64,000 bases of DNA from the NCBI RefSeq assembly GCF_009914755.1, contig NC_060935.1; one strand, given 5' to 3'. The stretch is from the human T2T-CHM13v2.0 reference genome, Homo sapiens. The position numbers and the translations under genes were made by a program. Position 1 is the stretch's first letter. Each line of letters opens with the position of its first letter. Below, one piece after another: positions 48,327 through 64,000 of this stretch. The notes under the pieces were generated by a model. The model had not been told where the DNA came from, did not search any database, and saw only the letters and a program-made list of their open reading frames with translations.

Positions 48327-49180
48327 CATTAGACATTATTTTAAACAACTATGACTGATCAATAGTAATCGTTATTTCACTGTCATATTTTCTTCATCTA
48401 CAAAGAAGAAAAGAATGTTTTAAACAACTACGCCAAGTTAATATGGGAAATAACAGAAACAGTGGTATAATGTCATGAATAGATCATATTTGTCTTTGTA
48501 TTTAAAGGAGAAATGGTAAATAAATTTTAGTTTAGGACTACTTTGTTCACCTCCGTTTAGCAAATTAATTACAAGGAAAATAATGTAATGATACATGCTT
48601 ATGAAACAATCTCCCATGAGATTAATCAGTACACATTTATTCTTAGGGAATGAAAATTGAGCTTTTCTACGGGTTATTTTTTCAAAGCATTAATAAATAA
48701 TCACTAAGAGAAATCTGCTGAAATTCAAAATGGGGCAAAAAACAGATATGAGTTAATGTCAGGAAAGTTTTTCATAAGCTAGCGGTTAGATAGCTATGAG
48801 TTTTCCCTATTTAATAGGACCCCGATATCTTCCAAATTAATATAATTTGTGGAATATTTCTAAATAGTAAAGTTACAGTGACAGAAAACTAAAGACACAA
48901 AGATTCTGTAATAACGGTTCTAGTATTACTCATAGGGTTTAGGTTATATTTCATGGTTATATATTAAATGTTTCTGTTCAAATATATTTGTCAACACAAA
49001 TAAAAAATCAAGATTTTTAAAAAGAGAACTATGACAAAAAAGTGCAATGTTCCCAAGATTTCCTCAGAACTCCAATAAAGAAATGTATGCACAGCAAATA
49101 GAATATATACTGTGTCAAGATGAACTGAATAAATTAAAATAATTAGAACTAGTTAATGCTGAATAGAAAACTATAGCTAA

Positions 49181-49548
<368 letters not shown>

Positions 49549-49818
49549 TTATTTATAATTATTCAGATTCTGGCTTCCTGATGTATAAGGTATGTGTATA
49601 TAATATGGACTGAACTACTGAATATACTCATTTACTTGACGAATAAAAAACTAAGTGCATACTATGGGTATTACGCTGGATACTAGGTGAGGCCTTGACA
49701 ACTCCCAAAACTCACACACAAAAAACCACTTCTGTCTGATAGATAACATCCTAGTTTTGAAACGAGATCAATGTACAAAACACACAAATAAGTGTAAAAA
49801 GGTTCCAATAAAAGATAC

Positions 49819-50024
49819 CTGACAATGCATTTCCATGAAGAGCCATCTTGATCATCTTGTTCTTCTATGTACATTCTGACATTGTGATCTTGATCCAATT
49901 GGTACCAGTACATGAGGCCATCTTTGTCTCGACCAATTGGCTGGAGACGCATAGTATCGGCATCCTCCTCATTAATAATATTCTTGAATTTGAGATTGTC
50001 ATCAAACTGACACTCACAGAGGTA
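49819..50024 (-). CDS. RSF1: RSF1 coding exon (probably exon 4, 206 nt): YLCECQFDDN...PIGRDKDGLMYWYQLD...WKCIVR, WHIM2/WSD-like motif
   Basis: Within ORF 49683..50039. Acceptor tttcag|TAC, donor AG|gtatc, phase 0/2. Confidence 0.97.
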
Positions 50025-50348
50025 CTGAAAAATAGTCATAACATGACTTAAAATACCTCACAAATATTTCTCCATCACAGTAAATATGATACAACCGTAG
50101 AATTGATTCAGGGAAAGCAGTGGACAGAACACAAATACTGTATTCCTTCTTTCACTATCCTCTTCCCACTTTCATACAAACTGTTTAGAATAGCCAATAT
50201 TTTAAGATAACATTTTATATTAACACCATACCAATTTATAGGTTTAACACAACCACTGACACACAAATCAAGTTTTATTTCAAAAGGAATGAGCCCGTTT
50301 GCACTAAAAACTCCCAAATCATCTCATGGTATAAGATTTTCTGTTTTA

Positions 50349-50620
50349 GGCCAGGCACAGTGGCTGACACCTGTAATCCCAGCACTTTGGGAGGCCGAGG
50401 CAGGAGGATCGCTTGAGTCCAGGAGTTAAAGGCTAGCCTGGGCAACATGGTGAAACCCTGTCTCTACAAAAAATACAAAAATTGGCCAGGTATGGTGGTG
50501 CACGCCTACAGTCCCAGCTATTTAGGGGGCTGGGCTGGGAGGTTGAGGATGCGGTGAGCTGTGATCTCGCCACTGCACTCTGGCTTGGGCAACAGAGCAA
50601 GACCCTGTCTCAAAAAAAAA
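50349..50620 (+). mobile_element. AluJ-like element
   Basis: Alu consensus. Confidence 0.85.
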
Positions 50621-50639
50621 TTTCTATTAAAAATGTTTC

Positions 50640-54630
<3,991 letters not shown>

Positions 54631-56123
54631 TGGTATAAAACTTTCAATAATTCTTTCTCTCTTCCAGGTTTTAGGTGAACATTATTCTTAAAGGACTATC
54701 TATTTTTGAAAGCCTGAGACATATGCAGTTTTCAAGGAAGGTAGATTTTCATTGATAGCTGGCTCTGGAGAATTCTCTTAATAAAAAGATATTCACATAC
54801 TAGATTGGAAGAACTAACTAACTTTTTGTTATGTATTTTGTATGATTAGGGTATAAGTCAGATTTCTTCCTATCTCTGCCCGGGCAGACAACACATTAAG
54901 TTACTTCCTATTATAGCCCTTATGCCTTTGCCTATGTCAGCTATCCCAATGGTCTCTAAACATTTTTGATCAAGCATCCTTACTACTAAAAAAATTTGTA
55001 ACACACCCTGAAAAGTTATATGTATTATATCCACTTTCTTATGTATTTACATAATAAATACATAGTATACACACTAATATATAATGTATGTAATACTAAA
55101 GTATTACATACTTTTCAGTAGCATCCCCCTAACCTAGAGGTCAGTATGTATACTAAAGTATTACATACATTATAGGAATGCACAAAAAGGTATTTCAAAA
55201 ATTGGGATTAATAAAAGTTATGAGTATAATTTCTATAACTTTGACTCGCAAGGAATCACAATTACCCCCTTGGGACCACAAGCTGGTCTAGAGACAGATG
55301 AACCTGCATGATTGTACACCCTGAAATCTGAGCTTACTATGACATTTGGTTTTCTGAGACAGGTATCTTTTGGATCTTGAAGACTTCTGTGTAGGCTCCA
55401 ACAGCAATCAACATCTAACAGCAAAATAACACCTACTCTATAGTCTTATCTAGCTCCAAAATAGTAATATGTATATTGACATTATATTTTAAGGTTCATC
55501 ATAAAATCTTGAGGTCTTTTGAATAAGAAGCCTACTTACAAAACATTATAAATTTTAGAAGTAGCAAAAACTTCATTAATGTTTTCACAAAGAATATTTT
55601 TTCTCCTCTACTATGCTGGCCACTTTGCTACTAATTAGGGCCAACAGTAGGAAGTGGGCAGGAAAAGAAAGGAAAACTCAAACTTGTAAAAAAGCCTACT
55701 TTGAGATGACCCATTTAAATCAAGTTGGTTTGGTTATGTGAGGGTTTTAAGTACGAAATGACATGCTCCTAGTCATCCAGAAAACAGTATCAAATTGCTA
55801 ATTTAGTAAATCGGTAAAAAATTATCCACAGTTTACAGTATATAGTAATGATTGTGAAGGCTGAAAACAATGAATAAAACTAATTTGGAGCAACTGCTTG
55901 CCCATGTTATTACTGTCCCTACAAGAAGAGATAATTAAACCTAGATATATTTATGCATCAAAAAACAGCACTTTAAAGAATAGATTGTCACTAAAAAATA
56001 GACTCCATTGTCCTCTTCTGCTAATAATAAAAATGTCTACTTTTTGTTTATTTTCCAATTTAACCAGGAGTCAAAAGTTAAATTTTAAATTAAAATAACT
56101 GTAACAAATAATAGATTTATTAC

Positions 56124-56216
56124 CTTTAAGAGTGCTAGTTTGCATTCAACACTCATTTCAAGATAGCCCTTCTTCTCCATCTCCCATGCCCAGGTACTGT
56201 TAAACTCTTGGCATAT
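56124..56216 (-). CDS. RSF1: RSF1 coding exon (probably exon 3, 93 nt): ICQEFNSTWAWEMEKKGYLEMSVECKLALLK, N-terminal DDT/WHIM1 region
   Basis: Read manually; not in the ORF track. Acceptor acag|ATA, donor AAG|gtaat, phase 0/0, joins in frame to the 50024 exon. Confidence 0.95.
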
Positions 56217-57303
56217 CTGTCAGATAAAGTTAATATCTTAATACATGAAAGCAATTTTTATTTATGTTTGCAGGCTTGTACAACTATGCTGTTCTTGTTA
56301 ATACATGTTTATAAAGGAAAGAGGTTACACTAAACAGTCCAATCCAACTGCACCCTAAAATGCATACTACTTAAAATGATAAAAAATATTTACTATTGTT
56401 TGATAACTGAATTTAAGGTAAGAAGGGATCTCTGTAGCTCTCTCCTCTGCTATCAAGAACTTTATACATACTTTATAGACACATTTTCCCGCATGAGAGT
56501 AATTGTTTGATTCCATCTCTCCAAATGGCTGGAAGTTCCTTTAGGGCAATGACAAAAATTTATTCATCTTTTTGCCTAGGACAGAATTAGTTCAAAAAAC
56601 ATGCCAAATTCTACACATACTTTTAACCACGCCTCTCTTGAACTCATTGTTCTACTATTTAGGAGTAAAGTTAAAATTCCATTCTTGGCATATGAAAACT
56701 TATGTAACTTGGCTTTAAGATAAATGTCTAGGCTTCTCTTTCTACACAAGCATTTCAGGCAAACCAGAGCCACTGTAACAGACCAAAGAAAGAAGATCTG
56801 AATAACCACTGCATTTCAAAGCCAGTGCAAGAAACTTTCTCTCATTTCAGCAGCATCACCCTAAACTAGAGGTCAGAGGAAGCCAGTAAGGGAGGTTAAC
56901 ACAGTGAAATGCAAATGGGTTCTATGACCTCTGTGAGCTAGTTTTTTCAGCAATAAAACTGGAACATTAATAATATTATCTTAAAGGCCAAAGAGTAGGC
57001 AAAAAATGATACAAAATGCCAGCAATTTCACGTATTTCTTGCAATTCAAGGAGCAAAGAGCATAACGAGGGCCAAAGGAGAAGAACCAACACAAGGCAAG
57101 AGATTAACCTGGAGTACAGGGAATGGGGTAGACAGGAGAAAAACAAGCCAGCTCTCTCAGGTGGGTTACCCTTTTCCTAGCCTGCACTAGTGTCATAGTG
57201 TCATCTCTTTTCATCGATTTGTGCAATAAAATAATAGATTAGTATTAATATAGAAAAAGAATACAAAACAAGCAGTATGGCCAGGAACAATATAATAGAG
57301 GAT

Positions 57304-57522
57304 CTTTTTTTTTTTTCTTTTTTTTTTTTTGGAGATAGGTCTCACTCTGTTACCCAGGGTAGAGTACAGGGACACGATCACAGCTCACTGCAACCTTGAC
57401 CCCCTGGGCTCAGGTGATCCTCCCACCTCAGCCACCCGAGAAGCTGGGGCTATAGCCGTGTGCCACCACACCTGGCTGATTTTTGTACTTTTTGTAGAGA
57501 CGGGGTTTCTTCATGTTGCCAA
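57304..57522 (-). mobile_element. 5'-truncated AluJ-like element
   Basis: Alu consensus, right arm plus part of the left arm. Confidence 0.8.
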
Positions 57523-57724
57523 GATGGACAATGGACAGTTTAAAGACTCACAGGAAGCATGAGTTTCCCATTCCCTAGAATATATTACTTCCTCTGGCTG
57601 ACAGTGTTACGTTTTTCAGAGAGAAAAAAAAGGATATACAGAAAAAGGGAAAAATATAAATATTACATGAGGAAGACCCTAAAGTGATTATATCAAAAGC
57701 TAAAATGTCAGAATCTGAATAGAC

Positions 57725-58415
57725 ATTTTACCACAATGAGAAAGATAATAATAAATGTTGGTTGACGATACGGAAAAATTTGAATGCTCACAGGTTGTTA
57801 CTGGGAATGTAAAATGGTGCAGTTGCCTTGGAAAACAGCTTGGCAATTCCTAAAATGTTAATATTTAGCTACCATATGACTTAGCCATTACACTCCTAAG
57901 TATTTACACAAGAAAGAGGAAAACGTACGTCTACACAAAAACTTGTATACAAATGTTCCTCGCAGTATTATTCACAACTGCCAAAAGGTGGAAGCAACCC
58001 AAATGTCCACTAACAGGTGAATGGATAAACTGTGGCACACCACACAATGGAATTTTATGTAAGCATAAAAAGAAATGAGGTAATAATATACTATAGCATA
58101 GACAAGGCTTGAAAACATGTTAAGTGAAAGAAACCAGACACAAAAGGCCACATATTGCATGATTCCATGTATATGAAGTGTCCAGAATAGTCAAATCCAT
58201 ACAGATAAAAGTAGATTAGCAGTTCCCAGTGGGTAGGGGAAGGAAGGAATGGGAAGTGACTGCTGATGGGTAGGCAATTTCTTTTTAGAGTAATAAAAGT
58301 GTTCTCAAATTAAGATAATGATGATGGTTGTATATTCCCTGTAAATATGTTAATAAACACTAAATTGTTTAAACGGTAAATTTTCTGGTATGTGAATATC
58401 TCAAATTTAAAAAAA
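57725..58415 (+). mobile_element. L1MB/MC-like 3' end
   Basis: GGGAATGTAAAATGGTGCAG, CCCAAATGTCCA, AAGTGAAAGAAACCAGACACAAAAGGCCACAT. Confidence 0.8.
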
Positions 58416-58792
58416 AGAAAGACAGAGAGACAATCAACAATGCAGAGTCCAGCTATGACCTGAATGAAGCACTTATTGAGTGCTCGGTTGAGTACCAAGT
58501 CCCTAGAAGAAGATAACGTTGGCTGACTATCCCAGAGGCTAATGCCAAGTATGGGGAAGCTCATCCTTAGTATCTGAGAGGTGAAAAACGACATAGCTCC
58601 AAAGTTTGGCCAACAAACCAGATATGGAAGCACAGCCAATGGCTCACAGTGTCACAAATTCCAAAAACAACAACTACTGATTCGCATCTATGTGTAAAAG
58701 GGGAGGATAAAAAAAGAGAAATGGATATAAAGATGATAAAAATCCTTTGCCCCCACACTGTTTAACTTAAATTTACTGACCTTTATTTATAA

Positions 58793-59209
<417 letters not shown>

Positions 59210-59337
59210 TAGCTATGCACAAAACAGCTATAACCTACTGTTACCACAAAATGAACACTGCAAATAAAACTTGCAAATAAAAAGATTATTCAAAAAGACA
59301 TCTAAATAATTCTTATGCAAAACTATTTAATCTACAC

Positions 59338-59665
59338 CCGGGGTAAGCAAGTTTTTCCTCAAGGCCCAAACAAGAAATAATTTAGGCACTATAGGCCATA
59401 GAGTCTCTCTTGTATCTATTCAAACCTACTATCATGGTGCAAAATCAGCCATAGAATATACATAAATGAACAGGCATGGCTGTATTCCCGTAACACTTTG
59501 TTTATGGATAATGAAATTTGAATTTCATAGAATTTTTACATGTCACCAAATATTATTCTTCTTTTGAGTTTTTCTCCCAATCATCTAAATATGTAAAAAC
59601 CATTCTTAGCTTTTTGAGACAGGTACCAGGCAGGATGTGGCTCATGAGCTATAATCTGCCTAGGG
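59338..59665. mobile_element. MER58-like hAT element
   Basis: CAGCCATAGA..ATACATAAATGAA..GGCATGGCTGT.TTCC..TAA.ACTTT.TTTATGGA motifs. Confidence 0.65.
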
Positions 59666-60385
59666 AGCCAGAAATTAGCTGTGTCTATCAGAGACTGTCT
59701 ATAACGGTGAATTCTTGGGTCCTGGAAGCAACCAGATCCTAATTACATTGGTAATTCATATTAATTCCCCATGCTCCAACTTGTTTCTGACCAAGAAGCG
59801 TTATAATTATAATTTGGTTTTACATGCAATTTCTCTTGAGGGAGAGAATGTTCTAATATCTAAAACATGAACAATTTGACATAACATTCGTACCTATTAT
59901 CACCATAAATCATTATTCTATAATACTTGTTCTTTGTTTGATTATCTATAAATCTAGCTGATAGGTCAGGTCCTATTGCGTTCTCCTGCTTGGTGCCTGA
60001 GGGACAACCATTCTCCTGACACAACACCAGAATCAATGTTTGGTGCCTGCAAGGGTGAAAGTCAAATATTTGGCCAGGGAGGCATCCTGGCCACCAGTCT
60101 ACTGCCATTCCAATACCCCTTACATCTTTTCCTCCTAACCTCTACATACAGGTAAACAAAGTGGAGGATGAGGATGGAAAATGTTGGGCAGAGGAAAGGA
60201 AGGGAGCTTTTTTAAAGGTTCCGTATCAGCTCAATATATATAGGAAAGGTGACTTCACATGCCTACAGAGCAAATACATAGACTTTATCTCAGTGGGATC
60301 ATTAACTTATTTATCTTGGATTTACATAAACAATCAAAGTAACAATAATTCTTTTGGATAACTCATAAGAAATTTAAAAAGAGGG

Positions 60386-60975
60386 TGTGAAATGGCTTCT
60401 AAGAGCCTAAGATCTCATCCCTGGGGGCAGCTAGCCCCACTTAAGTTCCAGTCTGGAAAAACCCAAGGCTCTCAAAGGAATTTACTTCTGATTCCAGCCA
60501 ACATCTGAAGACAGGTCGCAGACCTCCCCTTCCCATTTATTAAACAAATTTAAAATTGTAAATCCTTCTTCTGTCCCCTTGAGATGCATATGTATTTCCT
60601 AAGACCCAGAATATCTTTCTGAAGGACCTGAAGGCCATTCCTTTGAAATATAACCAACAGACAGGGCCTCGGTCTACCAGTCTCTGTGAGAGGGCAGATG
60701 CCTAATTTCCATTAATGCTACTTAGAAGACAGAAATGACATAATCACAGAAGGTCAACAACGCTCTTAGCTTCTTTTTAAATTTTTCACTTCCATAACTT
60801 GACTAAAGCTCCCCCATTCCTCCCACTCCTCTCCCTATTCCCTCTTTCTCCTTTATAAACACCCAGTCACCTCTGCACAAATTCGAACACAGCACAGCTC
60901 CTTCCTGTACTGCGATAGTTACTGAATAAAATCTGTCTTTATCAGCTTTAACTAGTGTCAGGCTTTATCTTTCAC
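60386..60975 (+). mobile_element. ERV1 LTR (MER34/MER39-like)
   Basis: TG...CA ends (TGTGAAA...TTTCACA), TATAAA box at ~60854, AATAAA at ~60926. Confidence 0.6.
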
Positions 60976-61151
60976 AAGAGGAATCCTTGGAGATCATTTA
61001 GATCCAAATCCTTATTTTACAATTGAGAAACATAAAGTTGAAAGAGATTCACTTAACCAGTGACTCCACAAATATTACTATGTGCAGACTATATGGCAGT
61101 AACTAGTCTAGGAGCTCAGATACCATGGTGAAAAAGACAACCCATTCAAAC

Positions 61152-61782
61152 TGATACAGGAGATAGAAAGAAATTATTTAGACAGACAGCGAGGGCAAAA
61201 GTCCTCAGCAGAACTTCCCTTCTAACAAAAAGCAGCCCAAGAAGTTATTTATTTTTCTAATAAAGAGCAGCCTGAAAAATCGAGCTGCAAACATAAATAT
61301 GGAAGCTGAAAGGTTGCAAGGTGGAATGCTGGCAGCTGTGCCAATAGAAAAGGGCTACCTGGGGGCCAGGCATGTCCACCATGGACACTCCATCTTCCCT
61401 TTTTTGTTAGCACGTATACGGTAAGAAAGAAAGGGGGAACATGGCACAGCTCAGGCTGAAAATCCGCCTGCATAATAAAAGACTAAGGTGGGGGATGCCA
61501 GAAATTCGCTCCTATGCGAACGGCACACCTATTCTTAACTGTTTTTTCACGCCCGCCCTATGTAGATTAGACACCACCTCCCCATCAATTCATCTATAAA
61601 ACCCCTTGCATTTCACCATGGAATGGCAATCCATTTTTCTGGGACCCCTCTCTGTAGCTGAGAGCTATTCTCTCTTTTGCCTATTAAACTTCCACTCTTA
61701 ACCTCACTCTCTGTGTATCTGAGTCCTTGATGTCCCTGGCTGTGAGACAATAAACCTTGGATGTCGCCCCAGATGAGGTCGC
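61152..61782 (+). mobile_element. ERV1 LTR (MER50-like)
   Basis: TGATACAGGAGATAGAAAGAAATTATTTAG start; TATAAAA and ATTAAA motifs. Confidence 0.7.
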
Positions 61783-61786
61783 AAAC

Positions 61787-62343
61787 TGTCAGAGGTACTG
61801 AACCAGGGCAGCTTCATCTTGAATAGGGGCTGAGTAACATAAGACTGAGACCTACTGGGCTGCATTCCCAGGAGGTTAAAGCATTCTAAGTCACAGGATG
61901 AGATAGGAAGTCGGCACAAGATAAAGGTCATAAAGACCTTGCTGATAAAACAGGTTGCAGTAAAGAAGCCACCCCAAACCCCCCAAAACCAGGATGGCCA
62001 CAAGAATGACCTATGGTTGTCCTCACTGCTACATTCCCACCAGCACCAAAACAGTCTACAAATGCGATGGCAACACCAGGAACAATTTTTACCCTATATG
62101 GTCTAAAAATGAGAGGCATGAATAATCCACCCTTTGTTTAGCATATAATCAAGAAATAACCATAAAAATGGGCAAGCAGCAGCCCTCAAGGCTGCTCTGC
62201 CTATGGAGTAGCCATTCTTTTATTCCTTTATTTCTTAATAAACTTGCTTTCATTTTACCTTATAGATTTGCCTCGAATTCTTTCTTGTGCAAGCTCCAAG
62301 AACACTCTCTTGGGGTCTGGATTGGGACCTCTTTCTGGTAACA
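61787..62343 (+). mobile_element. MER41 LTR (MER41A-type, lacking the tandem GAS block)
   Basis: TGTCAGAGG..TGAACCAG..CATCTTGAATAGGGGCTG...CTTTCTGGTAACA; GAGG runs directly into CATGAATAATCCACC. Confidence 0.85.
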
Positions 62344-63230
62344 AAATCGCCTTTGCAAAAATTATACTAGCGAAAAAATTATGACAATGGGGGAGATCTA
62401 ATCTAGCCAACTCCCATCTTGCCTTTAATCTGCCCTTAATTATTCCTGGGCTTAAACTTTGGGAGACATTTAGTTTACAATTTAAATGACAATGGCCCTT
62501 CCCCAAAACTCAACTGCCTTTGTAAAGCTAATGAGACACCACTAGGCTAGGAGGATAGAGGAGCCTGAACTGGCTAAGGTGTGCAAACTTGTCCAACGCG
62601 TGGCCCACAACAGGACGGTTTTAAATGAGGCCCAATACAAATCTGTAAACTTTCTTAAAACATGAGAATTTTTGTGATTTTTAAAAGCACATCAGCTATC
62701 ATTCATGTTAGTGTATTTTATGTGTGCCCCAAGGTAACTCCTCTTCTTCCAATGTGGCCCACAGAAGCCAAAAGATTGGACTCCCCTGGTAGAGGTAAAG
62801 GATTGCCAGCCATTATTCAGAAGGTAACAAGACATGCAACTTCTCCAATTATTCCTGCAGATAACATCACTATTGTACAACCTAAGATTGGCCTTTTAAG
62901 AGGTCTTTCCAGGTTTGTTGTATGTCTGATAACCAGTGGCTCCACGTGGACCTGCCAATCTGTGGCCCCACCCAGCAACGACCAAGTATGCAGGAAGACC
63001 ATTTCTCTTGCACCCCCAACCAATAAGCAGTAAGCACCCATTGCCTAGCCACCCAACTCCTTCCCCTAAACTGTGTTTGAAAAACCCTAGCCCCCAAATG
63101 CTAGAGGAGACTAATTTGAATAATAATTATGACTCTGGTCTTCCCTTTAGATGATTCTATCTTGGTAAAACTCTTCCACTATTGCAATTCAGCTGCTCTA
63201 CATGGGCAGGGGGCATTGATTGGGTAGTTC
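62344..63230 (+). mobile_element. LTR8-like ERV1 LTR interrupted by MER30 (~62577-62790)
   Basis: CGCCTTTGCAAAA start; MER30 end AAGCCAAAAGATTGGAC.CCCCTG. Confidence 0.7.
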
Positions 63231-63388
63231 TACCATCATGATGGAGGTTATATCCTATGAGGCAGTCAAACAGGAAAACTAGTAAGAAAATATCAAGCAC
63301 TAAAAATAATATGCTGAAAATAAAAAAGAGTAATGTGATACAGAAAGTTTAAGTACTACTCTGGATCGGGTGCTTACTGACAGCCTCA

Positions 63389-64000
<612 letters not shown>

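Noticed and set aside
55338-55414. Possible 77-nt cryptic exon (ctgttag|...ATA|gtaagc) in intron 3
   Set aside because: Such site pairs are common by chance. It is frameshifting and has no homology or other support.
61787-62343. MER41 as an interferon-gamma/STAT1-inducible enhancer
   Set aside because: The tandem GAS block (TTCCGGGAA/TTCCCGGAA) of MER41B is absent. The sequence near 62110-62125 shows the MER41A-type deletion.

Overview
Human (primate) genomic DNA from inside the RSF1 gene (remodeling and spacing factor 1/HBXAP, the partner of ISWI/SNF2H), which is transcribed on the minus strand. Seven coding exons are present, all with GT-AG boundaries and compatible phases: 56124-56216, 49819-50024, 34628-34782, 9805-11579, 7558-7764, 2620-2724 and 255-334. 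From recall of the gene these are exons 3-9. The introns are dense in Alu, L1, MIR/L2, MER DNA elements and LTRs. They include a full-length THE1 provirus, an ERV1-type LTR cluster, a young AluYa5-type insertion, a Y3 RNA retrocopy and a full-length FTH1 retrocopy that keeps an open ORF and an intact iron-responsive element. I cannot support a wholly new biological system here. The best leads are splicing-level and repair-scar observations: (i) the exon 6/7 junction rebuilds the same 5' splice site that intron 6 uses, a candidate recursive-splicing switch on the PHD finger; (ii) a hidden 72-nt in-frame exon-like segment in intron 5 homologous to part of exon 6; (iii) the ORF- and IRE-intact FTH1 retrocopy in sense orientation to RSF1; (iv) a templated insertion inside a palindrome, a ~200-bp local duplication and a composite Alu insertion. 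Exon numbers, repeat subfamily names and comparisons with reference sequences come from recognition and memory, not from database searches. Repeat boundaries are approximate.
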